Positions 1 to 9,460 are shown, counted from the first letter of the stretch. The stretch is 58,882 bases of DNA from Bacteroidota bacterium (GCA_037139685.1 JBAXFZ010000001.1:1-58882), one strand, 5' to 3'. Notes: a model not told the origin generated them from the letters alone. Translations and numbers: made by a program.

Positions 1-827
1 AGGTTCCCCAGCAGGATCGTGATGGCGGCCAGGACCCAGATGGTGTTTTCCCATACCCCGTGAATCCCGTTGAAGGTCAGGCTGAAAAAGCGGAACATGG
101 CCACGATGGCGGCTGTTTTGACGACAGTGGCCATAAAGGCCGTCAAAAGCGTCGGGGTGCCTTCATACACATCGGGGGCCCAGAAATGAAAGGGGACTAT
201 CGCAATTTTAAAGGAGAGGCCGATGATCAGCAGGAATAGCCCGGCCAGGAACATCGGCGGGTAGTTGCCGGCACACGAGGAGACAAAGAGGGAGATCCGG
301 TGAAGATCGAATGAGCCGCTTGAACCATAGATGAGGGCGATGCCGAAAAGGAGAAATCCCGACAGGAACGACCCGAGCAAAAAATACTTAAGGGTGGCTT
401 CGTTGGATGTGATCGCCTCCTTATGGCTCCCGGCCAGCACATAGAGTGCGATCGACAGGGTTTCGATTCCCAGGAAAAGCATGATCAGGTTGCCGTATGA
501 GGTCATCATCACGGCACCTGCCAGGGCAAAGATCATCACCCCGTAGATATCGTCGAGCGGGCGCTGTACCCCGCGATAATAATGGGCCGCCAGAGAAAAG
601 ATCAGGAAGGCGGAAAAGATCAGTACGGTGCTGAAGGCCACGGCTGCATTATCCACGATCAGCATCCCCATGCTGTATGACCTGAAGGTGTTCCATTCCA
701 TGATTGTAAGTGCCATGGAAACGGCCAGCCCCACGAGAATCAGCGGCAGCAGCCAGGATTGCTTCTTCAGGATTCCCATGAACAGGACCAGGACACCTAG
801 GATTGTTATCGAGATAATTGTTGTCAT
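1..827 (-). CDS. nuoN: NADH-quinone oxidoreductase subunit N (N-terminal part; C-terminus lies beyond the window start)
   Basis: Not in the ORF track because it is truncated. My translation from ATG (825-827, minus) gives MTTIISITILGVLVLFMGILKK...LGIETLSIALYVLAG...KIAIVPFHFWAPDVYEGTPT, an ND2/NuoN-type antiporter-like signature. The frame stays open to position 1 and the gene follows nuoM. Confidence 0.9.
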   Translation of the reverse strand, partial: MTTIISITILGVLVLFMGILKKQSWLLPLILVGLAVSMALTIMEWNTFRSYSMGMLIVDNAAVAFSTVLIFSAFLIFSLAAHYYRGVQRPLDDIYGVMIFALAGAVMMTSYGNLIMLFLGIETLSIALYVLAGSHKEAITSNEATLKYFLLGSFLSGFLLFGIALIYGSSGSFDLHRISLFVSSCAGNYPPMFLAGLFLLIIGLSFKIAIVPFHFWAPDVYEGTPTLLTAFMATVVKTAAIVAMFRFFSLTFNGIHGVWENTIWVLAAITILLGN

Positions 828-909
828 TCTGCTTTTTTAATTGTTAAATCCCCGCTGTTTTTCCTGCCATGACTGGGGTTCCAGGTCCGGGAATCAAATC
901 TTCTTGAAT

Positions 910-2364
910 TTAGCGCCAGTTAACGAAATTCAGGACCTGTAAAACATCCGGCAAGGCAACATTGAGAAACAAACCGGGAAACAGCCCGATCCAGAAAACC
1001 ATGACGATAAGCGGGACCAGGGGGGCCATTTCAGTCCATGTCAGGTCGGTGACCTGCTCCGTGATTTCATTTGTTGCCCCGAGCATCGTACGCTGGTACA
1101 TCCTGAGCATGTAAACGGCGCCCAGGACGATGGTCAGCCCGGCAATGGCCGAGAACACCATCGAGTACTCAAAGATCCCCAGGAGCAGCAGGAATTCACC
1201 CACAAAGCCATTGGTAAGCGGCAGCGCGATGCTTCCGAGCAGCAGGATCATGAATACAACGGCCAGTTTCGGCGCCTTCAGGGCAATTCCCCCCAGGTCG
1301 GCAATGTTACGGGTTTTAGTCCTTTTTTCGACCAGGTCGATCACAATGAAGAGCCCGACGATATTGATGCCGTGGGAGACCATCTGGATCACGGCCCCCT
1401 GCATGGCATGGATGGAAAGGGAAATCACCCCGGCGGAAATCAGCCCGACATGGGCAATGGATGAATAGGCGACCAGCCTTTTCATGTCTTTCTGCCGGAT
1501 GGCAATGACTGAAGCGTAAACAATCCCGGTCACGGCAAGGATCATGGCGTAAACTCCCCAGTCCTGAACCGCCTGGTGACAAATGGGGATCATCCAGCGG
1601 ATCATCCCGTAAACGCCCATTTTAAGCATGATCCCGGCCAGCAGCATGGTGCCGGCAGCCGGAGAACCGGTATAGGTGTCGGGTTGCCAGGTATGAAACG
1701 GGAAGATGGGAATTTTTACAGCAAATGCCAGGAAAAAGGCAAGGAAAATCCATACCTGTTCGGCTGATGTCAGCTTGACGGCATACAGCCATTCCAGGTC
1801 GAAGGAATGGGGCAATGGAGTGCGGAAATAGAGGTAGATCAAGGCAACCAGCATCAGCAGGCTTCCCGTGAATGTGTAGATAAAGAATTTGAACGTGATC
1901 CTGATCCGGTCGGCTCCCCCCCATACGGCACAGATGAAGTAGGCCGGTATGAGCGCCATCTCCCAGAAAATATAAAACATCATTCCGTCGAAAGCGGTGA
2001 ACACCCCGACAAGCGCCATCTCCATAAAGAAAATGAGGCTGTAAAAGACCGCCGGCCGCCTGCAGGGGCCGTTGAAGGATGAAAGGATAATGACCGGGAC
2101 CAGGAAGGTGGTGAGTGAAACCATGAGCAAACTGATGCCATCCATTCCGAATTTCAGGCTGACCCCCATGGAGGCGAGCCAGTCGGCCCTGAAGAGGAGC
2201 TGGCAATGGCATGATGTTTTGAACTGGATAAAGGCGGCCACGGCTATGCCGAATTCGGTAAGCGCACCTGCCAGGACAAAGTTCCGGATGGTCTTTTCCC
2301 TCTTCAGCAGGAGGGTGATCAGCGTGAGCGCCAGGGGAAACAAGATGAGGATTATCGTCAGCAT
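910..2364 (-). CDS. nuoM: NADH-quinone oxidoreductase subunit M
   Basis: 484-aa polytopic ORF with ATG at 2364. It contains FAVKIPIFPFHTWQPDTYTGSPAAGTMLLAGIMLKMG (ND4/NuoM signature) and sits between nuoL and nuoN. Confidence 0.93.
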   Translation of the reverse strand: MLTIILILFPLALTLITLLLKREKTIRNFVLAGALTEFGIAVAAFIQFKTSCHCQLLFRADWLASMGVSLKFGMDGISLLMVSLTTFLVPVIILSSFNGPCRRPAVFYSLIFFMEMALVGVFTAFDGMMFYIFWEMALIPAYFICAVWGGADRIRITFKFFIYTFTGSLLMLVALIYLYFRTPLPHSFDLEWLYAVKLTSAEQVWIFLAFFLAFAVKIPIFPFHTWQPDTYTGSPAAGTMLLAGIMLKMGVYGMIRWMIPICHQAVQDWGVYAMILAVTGIVYASVIAIRQKDMKRLVAYSSIAHVGLISAGVISLSIHAMQGAVIQMVSHGINIVGLFIVIDLVEKRTKTRNIADLGGIALKAPKLAVVFMILLLGSIALPLTNGFVGEFLLLLGIFEYSMVFSAIAGLTIVLGAVYMLRMYQRTMLGATNEITEQVTDLTWTEMAPLVPLIVMVFWIGLFPGLFLNVALPDVLQVLNFVNWR

Positions 2365-2367
2365 CGG

Positions 2368-4275
2368 TCAGATCAGGATATTAAAGAACAGGATCATGAT
2401 GATCCCCAAAATCATTATGAACATATAAAAGCCGACGTTGCCCGTCTGGATATAGCGCACGGTGCTGCCGGTCCACACCACCAGGCTGCCCACGCCGTTC
2501 ACGATGCGGTCGATAAAGCGGGTTTCAACAACTTCGTGGAACATCCCCGACAGCCACATGACCGGCTTTACGAAAACAGCCCGGTAAAGTTCGTCGATAT
2601 AATATTTTTGTGAGATCAGCCTCACCGGGAAGGACCGCTGTGCCTCATCGGGAAGCAGTCCAAAGCCGCTTGTTACAAAGCGACGGTATGCCCATCCCGC
2701 CATGGCAAGCACTCCCGCAAGGGTGATCCCCATGATCAGCCATTCGGTGCCGGGGGTAACCGGTGTTTCATGTTCCATAACAGCATTGGCATCGGCGAAG
2801 ACGGGTGCCAGGAACTGCGAAAGTCCCGCATTCCCGCCGAAGAGGCCTGGGATGTTGAGGACCCCTCCGAAGGCTGCAAGCAGGGCCAGGATTACCAGCG
2901 GAATGGTCATCACGGCGGGGGATTCGTGAAGATGGTGTTCCTGTGTCTCCGTTCCCCGGAAATCCTTGAAAAATGCCAGGTAAAGCAGGCGGAACATATA
3001 GAAGGCTGTCATCAGTGAACCGGCCACCGCCAGCACCCAGATGGCTGGTTGAAACTCAAATACCCTGGCAAGGATTTCATCCTTCGAGAAGAATCCCGAA
3101 AATGGAGGGATACCGGCAATGGCGATGGTGGCAACCAGGAAGGTCAGGTAGGTCCTGGGCATTGCTTTTTTCAACCCGCCCATTTTCCTGATGTCCTGTT
3201 CTCCTCCCATGGCATGGATCACACTGCCGGCGCCGAGGAAGAGCAGGGCCTTGAAGAATGCATGCGTTGTCAGGTGGAAAACGGCTCCCGTAAAGGCACC
3301 GACACTCAACCCGACAAACATGTAGCCCAGCTGGCTGATGGTGGAATAGGCCAGTATTTTTTTTATGTCGTTCTGAAAGATGGCAATGGAGGCGGCGAAG
3401 AGCGCTGTAGCCAGCCCTGTCAGCCCCATGATGGCCATGGTTGCCGGGGAAAGGACATAGAGTATGTTTGAGCGGGCCACCATATAAACACCTGCGGTAA
3501 CCATTGTAGCTGCATGGATCAGCGCAGATACCGGTGTGGGACCGGCCATTGCATCGGGAAGCCAGGTGTAGAGAGGTATCTGGGCGCTTTTCCCGACGGC
3601 ACCGACAAACAAAAGCAGGGTAATGGCCACCAGCGTTGAATTCCCGCAGGCCATTCCCTTTGCCTGGGAAAATATATCCTGGTAATTAAGGCTGTGAAAA
3701 GTCGTAAAGATGAGGAACATGCCCATCAGGAAACCCAGGTCGCCTATCCGGTTCATGATAAAGGCCTTTTTGGCGGCGTTGTTGTTTGCATGGTCCTTAA
3801 ACCAGAAGCCGATCAGCAGATAGGAGCACAATCCTACCCCCTCCCACCCGATGAACATGATGGGAAAATTCGCCCCCATCACCAGCAGGAGCATCGAGAA
3901 GACAAAAAGGTTCATGTAGGAAAAGAAGCGGTTGAAGCCGGGATCTTCCTTCATGTAGCCTATTGAATATACGTGGATGATGAACCCAACCCCGGTAACG
4001 ACCAGCAGCATAACCAGCGATAGCGGGTCGATGAGGAAGGAAAAGGGGATATCGAGGGGGCCGATGCGGAGCCAGGTAAAGAAATAGTGAAATGGCGAAA
4101 TGGCGAAATGGCGAAAGCCAAAAAAAAGAAAAAGTGAGAGGATAAAGGAAAGCAAAATGGTGCCCGTGCCTACCAGGGAGGCAATCTTTCGCGGTATGGA
4201 ACGTACGCCCAGCCCAAGGATCAGGAAGCCCAGCAGGGGGAAAAGCGGGATTAATATTAAAACCAGATTTATCAT
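2368..4275 (-). CDS. nuoL: NADH-quinone oxidoreductase subunit L
   Basis: 636-aa ORF; the track start at 4278 is TTG and an ATG follows at 4275. It contains GWEGVGLCSYLLIGFWF and AMAGPTPVSALIHAATMVTAGVY (ND5/NuoL signature) and has a long C-terminal extension. Confidence 0.93.
   Translation of the reverse strand: MINLVLILIPLFPLLGFLILGLGVRSIPRKIASLVGTGTILLSFILSLFLFFGFRHFAISPFHYFFTWLRIGPLDIPFSFLIDPLSLVMLLVVTGVGFIIHVYSIGYMKEDPGFNRFFSYMNLFVFSMLLLVMGANFPIMFIGWEGVGLCSYLLIGFWFKDHANNNAAKKAFIMNRIGDLGFLMGMFLIFTTFHSLNYQDIFSQAKGMACGNSTLVAITLLLFVGAVGKSAQIPLYTWLPDAMAGPTPVSALIHAATMVTAGVYMVARSNILYVLSPATMAIMGLTGLATALFAASIAIFQNDIKKILAYSTISQLGYMFVGLSVGAFTGAVFHLTTHAFFKALLFLGAGSVIHAMGGEQDIRKMGGLKKAMPRTYLTFLVATIAIAGIPPFSGFFSKDEILARVFEFQPAIWVLAVAGSLMTAFYMFRLLYLAFFKDFRGTETQEHHLHESPAVMTIPLVILALLAAFGGVLNIPGLFGGNAGLSQFLAPVFADANAVMEHETPVTPGTEWLIMGITLAGVLAMAGWAYRRFVTSGFGLLPDEAQRSFPVRLISQKYYIDELYRAVFVKPVMWLSGMFHEVVETRFIDRIVNGVGSLVVWTGSTVRYIQTGNVGFYMFIMILGIIMILFFNILI
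4082..4113. repeat. 4-unit octamer array inside the nuoL coding sequence
   Basis: The units read AAATAGTG AAATGGCG AAATGGCG AAATGGCG. They encode FRHFAISPFHY on the minus strand. Confidence 0.95.
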
Positions 4276-4329
4276 CAACTTGTCATTTATTCATCAAAAA
4301 CTCACTGCCGGCTATTCAACTCCGGTATT

Positions 4330-4647
4330 TTACCATTTCAGTTTATTCAGCACGTTTATGTCTATCGAATGGGTCGTCCGGTATATCAGGACGACGATGG
4401 CCAGACCGATCGCCACCTCGGCTGCAGCGACAACCATGATAAAAAAGACGAATATCTGTCCTGCCGGATCGTTTGTATAGGCCGAAAAAGCGGCCAGCAA
4501 AAGGTTTATCGAGTTGATCATCAGTTCGATCGACATGAGGATCAGCAGCGCATTCCTTTTTACAAGGACCCCGAGCACCCCGATACAAAAAAGTATGGAG
4601 CAGAAAACCAGGTAGTAGTGAATGGGGATGGAGGAGATTGGGGACAT
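4330..4647 (-). CDS. nuoK: NADH-quinone oxidoreductase subunit K
   Basis: 105-aa protein with three TM segments, contains LMSIELMINSINLLLAAFS, and is in the expected operon position. Confidence 0.9.
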   Translation of the reverse strand: MSPISSIPIHYYLVFCSILFCIGVLGVLVKRNALLILMSIELMINSINLLLAAFSAYTNDPAGQIFVFFIMVVAAAEVAIGLAIVVLIYRTTHSIDINVLNKLKW

Positions 4648-4717
4648 TTACTTGGTTTTTTGAATATCAGGTTATTTTTCAGTTTTTCGTCTTTAGTTGA
4701 TCTGCGTCACTTTTTAA

Positions 4718-5218
4718 TCAGATCTGCTCCTTCTTTCCCAGGAGCACAGCACCGACCATTGCTGTAAGAAACAACACCGACGACATTTCAAAGGGTAAAA
4801 GATAATCGTGATAGAGAATTCGTCCAAGGTCCTTGACAAGCCCGATCTGGGATATCATCGGATCATGGGCCGTCTGGATATCATACCCGCGGAATACACC
4901 GATCAGCGTGAGCATAAGCATTCCGCCCGCGATCATGGCAATGATCTTGACCCACATGGGTTTCGGGGAACGTTCTTCGTTGTTGAGGTTGAGCAGCATC
5001 ACAGTGAAAAGGAATAAAACCATGATGGCGCCGGCATAGACGATCACATGGACCACCGCCAGGAACTGTGCATTCAGCAGCACGTAATGGCCGGCAATGG
5101 CAAAAAAGGTCAGCGTCAAAAACAGCACCGAATGGATCGGTTTTTTCGACGCCAGCACCATTACCGCTGAAAAGAGCGCCATGATGCTGAGGAAACAGAA
5201 GATGTATTGTGTGAACAT
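4718..5218 (-). CDS. nuoJ: NADH-quinone oxidoreductase subunit J
   Basis: The track ORF starts at TTG 5233, inside a repeat array. The first ATG is at 5218 and gives MFTQYIFCFLSIMALFSAVMVLASKKPIHSVLFL, a typical NuoJ N-terminus. Confidence 0.87.
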   Translation of the reverse strand: MFTQYIFCFLSIMALFSAVMVLASKKPIHSVLFLTLTFFAIAGHYVLLNAQFLAVVHVIVYAGAIMVLFLFTVMLLNLNNEERSPKPMWVKIIAMIAGGMLMLTLIGVFRGYDIQTAHDPMISQIGLVKDLGRILYHDYLLPFEMSSVLFLTAMVGAVLLGKKEQI

Positions 5219-5223
5219 AAGAC

Positions 5224-5265
5224 GAAAGTTCAAAGTTCAAAGTTCAAAATGCAAAGTGCAAAAAT
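5224..5265. repeat. 6-unit heptamer array (CAAAGTT/CAAAATG/CAAAGTG) upstream of nuoJ
   Basis: The units read GAAAGTT CAAAGTT CAAAGTT CAAAATG CAAAGTG CAAAAAT. Confidence 0.95.
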
Positions 5266-5313
5266 TAAAAATCAAAAAAATATTCATGACTAAAAAATCA
5301 TCCCTTGCTCCCT

Positions 5314-5348
5314 GCAATTTGCACTTTGCACTTTGCATTTTGCATTTT
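5314..5348. repeat. 5-unit heptamer array (GCACTTT/GCATTTT) abutting the nuoI stop; inverted partner of 5224-5265
   Basis: The units read GCAATTT GCACTTT GCACTTT GCATTTT GCATTTT. Positions 5325-5340 are the exact reverse complement of 5248-5263 (16 nt). Confidence 0.95.
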
Positions 5349-5349
5349 C

Positions 5350-5925
5350 TTACTTGTTATGTTTGTATCGTTTATCCTTTTTAAATTCAATCACCTCAGG
5401 TGTTTGCCGTTTTGAAACATCGATCCGTTTTGACGGATCCATGGGTTCCACCAGCTCATCCTTCCCATAGATAAGCTTGTCGCGCCTGTATTCAGACCGG
5501 ACGATTTCTTTAGTCAGGAAGATTGCCTCTTTCGGGCAGGCCTCCTCGCAGTCGCCGCAGAAAATGCAGCGCAGCATATTGATTTCGTAAACCACAGCAT
5601 ATTTCTCCTCGCGGTAAAGATGCTCTTCGCCCGGTTTCCGCTCGGCTGCAACCATCGTGATGGCTTCGGCCGGGCAGGCAACCGCGCACAACCCGCAGGC
5701 GGTGCACCGTTCCCGGCCCTCATCATCGCGCTTCAGGACATGTTTCCCCCGGTAGATATCCGAGAACTCACGCTTAACCTCCGGGTATTGCACCGTGATC
5801 TTCCTGCGGAACAGGTGGCCAAAGGTAATCCGCATCCCGCTCAGAATGGCTGGAAGATAGATTCTCTCCCAAAAAGTCATCTTTTTGTCCGAAACTACTT
5901 TGGATCTGTTGGTCAGAGAGGTCAT
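5350..5925 (-). CDS. nuoI: NADH-quinone oxidoreductase subunit I (2x[4Fe-4S] ferredoxin-type)
   Basis: Two CxxCxxCxxxCP motifs are present: CTACGLCAVACP and CIFCGDCEEACP. Operon position fits. Confidence 0.93.
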   Translation of the reverse strand: MTSLTNRSKVVSDKKMTFWERIYLPAILSGMRITFGHLFRRKITVQYPEVKREFSDIYRGKHVLKRDDEGRERCTACGLCAVACPAEAITMVAAERKPGEEHLYREEKYAVVYEINMLRCIFCGDCEEACPKEAIFLTKEIVRSEYRRDKLIYGKDELVEPMDPSKRIDVSKRQTPEVIEFKKDKRYKHNK

Positions 5926-5946
5926 GTTGGGCTGTTAAAAATGCAA

Positions 5947-6969
5947 TTATTGGTTTACCAATATCACTACCCCCGTGATCACCACATTCAAAATGGCCAG
6001 CGGGATCAATGATTTCCAGCCGAGTTTCATCAGCTGGTCATACCGGAAACGGGGCAGGGTCCAGCGGATCCACATATAGATGAAGCCGAAGAAGGTGATC
6101 TTGCTGAACAGGACCATAAAACTAACAAGGGCAAATGCATTGGGCGACAATCCAAGCTTATCGATGAAGGGAAAATGGTATCCCCCCAGAAAAAGAGTTG
6201 CCATTACAGCCCCTGAAATGAACATATTAATATATTCGGCAAAGAGGTAGAATCCGAGTTTCATGCTGCTGTATTCGGTATGGTATCCCCCCACGAGTTC
6301 TGTTTCACATTCGGGCAGGTCGAAGGGGGAGCGGTTGGTTTCGGCAAAGGCACATATCAGGAAGATAAGGAATCCCAGCGGCTGGTAAAAGATGTTCCAG
6401 TGAAATCCCTGCTGCTGCGCCACGATGTCAGTCATGCTGAGCGAACCGGTCATCATCACGACGGTAATGATGGAGAGGCTCATCGCCAGTTCGTAGCTGA
6501 TCATCTGAGATGAGGCCCTTACCGCGCCCAGCAAGGCATATTTGTTGTTGGAGGCCCATCCGCCGATCATGATCCCATAGACACCGATGGAGACGATGGC
6601 AAAGATGTAGAGGATCCCGATGTTGATATCAGCCACCTGCATCGGGTAGCTCTGCCCGTTGATGACCAGTGCGGGTCCCCAGGGGATGGCGGCGCTGGTC
6701 AGCAGCGCAATAAACATTGTCAGTGAAGGTCCGAGGATATAGAGGAACTTGTCGGCCGAATTCGGCATGAACTCCTCCTTGAAGAAGAGCTTGATCCCGT
6801 CGGCCAGGGGCTGCAGCAATCCCCACGGGCCGGCCCTGTTTGGGCCGTGACGGTCCTGGAACCAGCCGGCCACCTTGCGTTCGATGAGGGTGGAGTACAT
6901 CGCCACGACCAGGCTCATGACCAGGATGATACTGGCAAGTATTAATTTGTAGATGAGTTGTTGTACCAT
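5947..6969 (-). CDS. nuoH: NADH-quinone oxidoreductase subunit H
   Basis: 340-aa polytopic protein containing RKVAGWFQDRHGPNRAGPWGLLQPLADGIKLFFKE (ND1/NuoH signature). Confidence 0.93.
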   Translation of the reverse strand: MVQQLIYKLILASIILVMSLVVAMYSTLIERKVAGWFQDRHGPNRAGPWGLLQPLADGIKLFFKEEFMPNSADKFLYILGPSLTMFIALLTSAAIPWGPALVINGQSYPMQVADINIGILYIFAIVSIGVYGIMIGGWASNNKYALLGAVRASSQMISYELAMSLSIITVVMMTGSLSMTDIVAQQQGFHWNIFYQPLGFLIFLICAFAETNRSPFDLPECETELVGGYHTEYSSMKLGFYLFAEYINMFISGAVMATLFLGGYHFPFIDKLGLSPNAFALVSFMVLFSKITFFGFIYMWIRWTLPRFRYDQLMKLGWKSLIPLAILNVVITGVVILVNQ

Positions 6970-7058
6970 GTTTTTTTCAAAGTCAAAAATCTAAGGCCTG
7001 ATGCCGGGAACGAAGTCAAAGGTGAAATATTTTTTTAATTTTCAACGGTAATTAATTT

Positions 7059-8027
7059 TTATTCCTGCTTTTCCATGTTTCCCTCGATGGGTTTAATAAC
7101 AGACTGTTTTTTCATCCCTTCATAATGGTTGGCCGAAATCACCGATTGCCGTTTGATGTGCCTCGGTCCTTCGATCACCCAGTCGGTCAAGTCCTTTTTT
7201 TCAAACCTGCATTCATTGCAGATAAACTCCTCCAGTTCGCCGAACTGGTTTTTACGCCCGGTTACGCGGTAAATCTCGTTGCCGAAAAGCCAGGCAGTCA
7301 CATTTCCCGAACAGGCAGGGCAGTCGCGGTGGGCATTCATCGGTTTGAGAAACCACACCCGGCTTTTAAAACGCGAGGTTTTGTCGGTAAGCGCCCCCAC
7401 CGGGCAAACATCGATCATATTACCAGAGAAGTTGTTCGTTATCGACTGGCTGATAAAGGTGCCGATTTCAGACACATCGCCCCTGTAGAGGACCCCGTGC
7501 AGCCGTTTTCCGGTAAGCTGGTCGGCAGTGTAAACACAACGGTAGCAAAGGATACAGCGGTTCATGTGGAGTTTTATCTGCTCCCCGATGTCAACCACGG
7601 GAAAATCGCGGCGCTCCTCCTCCGTTACCGTTTCTTCCATGCCAAATCCGAAACTCAGGTCCTGGAGGTCGCATTCGCCTGCCTGGTCACAAACGGGACA
7701 ATCAAGCGGGTGGTTGAGCAGGAGAAATTCAACAATGCCTTTCCTGGCCTCCACAACCTCCGGCGAGGTGAGATTCTGAACAACCATGCCATCCTGGACC
7801 GGCGTACTGCAGGAGGCAACCAGCTTGGGCATGGGACGCGGGTCCTTTGCAGAGGATTGTGCAACCTTTACCAGGCATGTCCTGCATTTCCCACCCGACC
7901 CCTTCAGCTTTGAATAGTAACACATGGCCGGGGGGACTACCTTGCCGCCAATCATTCGTGCCGCCTGGAGAATGGTGGTTCCCTCTTCTACGTCAACCTG
8001 GAGATTATCGATGGTTACTTTGATCAT
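7059..8027 (-). CDS. nuoG: NADH-quinone oxidoreductase subunit G, short form (FeS N-terminal module only)
   Basis: The [2Fe-2S] pattern is CYYSKLKGSGGKCRTCLV...C. The protein also has HPLDCPVCDQAGECDLQ, CILCYRCV and IDVCPVGALT. At 322 aa it ends shortly after a CPACSG...CNEC segment, so the molybdopterin-like C-terminal domain is absent. Confidence 0.8.
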   Translation of the reverse strand: MIKVTIDNLQVDVEEGTTILQAARMIGGKVVPPAMCYYSKLKGSGGKCRTCLVKVAQSSAKDPRPMPKLVASCSTPVQDGMVVQNLTSPEVVEARKGIVEFLLLNHPLDCPVCDQAGECDLQDLSFGFGMEETVTEEERRDFPVVDIGEQIKLHMNRCILCYRCVYTADQLTGKRLHGVLYRGDVSEIGTFISQSITNNFSGNMIDVCPVGALTDKTSRFKSRVWFLKPMNAHRDCPACSGNVTAWLFGNEIYRVTGRKNQFGELEEFICNECRFEKKDLTDWVIEGPRHIKRQSVISANHYEGMKKQSVIKPIEGNMEKQE

Positions 8028-8119
8028 ATTTGTTTCTCACTAACGTTCAACCGTTTTCATCCAATTTACCTGTTGTTCAGCCCGCCATGACCGTTCATTT
8101 TTCAAAACGGCAGCGCATT

Positions 8120-9460
8120 TCATACTACAGCCAGCGGGAAGAGGGCGCCGTGGTTAATCTTTTTTACCCTTTCAGGATGCTCCACATGGTATTCGAATTC
8201 CTTCCGGAAATGACGGATGGCACTGGCAACGGGCCAGGCTGCGGCATCGCCGAGCGGACAAATGGTATTTCCCTCGATATTCTTTGCGACCCTGACGAGC
8301 AGGTCGATATCCGAAATTTTACCCAGGCCGTGTTCAATCCGGTACAGGACCTTCTCCATCCAGCCTGTGCCTTCGCGGCAGGGAGAACACTGGCCGCAGG
8401 ATTCATGCCTGTAAAAATGGGCCAGGTTCCAGGTGTTTCTTACAATGCAGGCATCCTCGTCGAAGACGATAAAGCCTCCCGAACCAAGCATGGTCCCGGT
8501 GGCAAACTCCCCGTCGGAGAGCGATTCGTAGGTCATCAGCCGCTTTTCCCCCCTGGCCGTGTTGAGGATCAGGTCGGCCGGCAGGATGGGTACCGAAGAG
8601 CCCCCGGGAATGACGGCCTTCAGGTACTTGTCGTTGGCGATGCCGTCGCAATATTCTGGAGAGTAAAGAAAATCCTCAACGGGAAGCCCCATCTCGATTT
8701 CATAAACCCCGGGTTTGTTGATATTGCCGCATGCAGAGATCAGTTTTGTACCGGTGCTCTTTCCCCTTCCCCGTTTAGCATATTCTTCGCCGCCCATGCC
8801 GATGATGGGAGCAACGGTTGCCAGCGTCTCCACGTTGTTGACTACTGTCGGGCAGCCGTACAGACCCTTGAATGCAGGAAATGGCGGCTTGATGCGCGGG
8901 TTTCCGCGCTTTCCCTCGAGCGATTCGAGCAGGGCGGTCTCCTCTCCGCAGATATAGGCCCCTGCGCCGGGATGAACATAGATATCCAGCGAAAAACCTG
9001 AGCCCAGGATGTTTTCGCCCAGGAAGCCATGCTGCCTGGCCTCGAGGATGGCCTTTTCGAGCACCCCCACCAGGTATTTGAATTCGCCCCTGATGTATAT
9101 GTAACAGGTATTGACCCCCAGTGCATAACTGGAGATTATCAGTCCTTCGATAAGCAGGTGCGGCAGATGGTGCATCAGGTAACGATCCTTGAAGGTGCCC
9201 GGCTCGCTCTCGTCGGCATTGCATACCAGGTAACGGGGTTTGTCTGACTTACGGTCCAGGAAGCTCCACTTCAGCCCGGTTGGAAACCCGGCCCCGCCCC
9301 TGCCCCTCAATCCCGATTTGGTGACCTCGGCGCCTACCTGGGCCGGGGTCATTTCCCGCAAAGCCTTTTCCACCGGGGAGTAACCTCCGTAGCTGCGGTA
9401 AACATCAAACCCCCGGATACCCGGAACATCGATGCTGGCTAACAGAATTTTTCCACCCAT
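8120..9460 (-). CDS. nuoF: NADH-quinone oxidoreductase subunit F (FMN/NADH-binding)
   Basis: Contains GRGGAGFPTGLKW, GEETALLESLEG and ESCGQCSPCREGT...ICPLGDAA. Confidence 0.94.
   Translation of the reverse strand: MGGKILLASIDVPGIRGFDVYRSYGGYSPVEKALREMTPAQVGAEVTKSGLRGRGGAGFPTGLKWSFLDRKSDKPRYLVCNADESEPGTFKDRYLMHHLPHLLIEGLIISSYALGVNTCYIYIRGEFKYLVGVLEKAILEARQHGFLGENILGSGFSLDIYVHPGAGAYICGEETALLESLEGKRGNPRIKPPFPAFKGLYGCPTVVNNVETLATVAPIIGMGGEEYAKRGRGKSTGTKLISACGNINKPGVYEIEMGLPVEDFLYSPEYCDGIANDKYLKAVIPGGSSVPILPADLILNTARGEKRLMTYESLSDGEFATGTMLGSGGFIVFDEDACIVRNTWNLAHFYRHESCGQCSPCREGTGWMEKVLYRIEHGLGKISDIDLLVRVAKNIEGNTICPLGDAAAWPVASAIRHFRKEFEYHVEHPERVKKINHGALFPLAVV

Noticed and set aside
8030-9001. A 323-aa plus-strand ORF lies antisense to nuoF. 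Similar long antisense ORFs occur at 7125-7913 (nuoG), 17559-18341 (bEBP), 31772-32398 (C25), 33528-34088 (SDR), 37765-38694 (Gfo/Idh/MocA), 57175-57786 and 57889-58698 (Flx-like).
   Set aside because: In every case the opposite strand encodes a protein with unmistakable family motifs. The antisense products have none and are Arg/Gly/Pro-rich, as expected from codon-position bias.
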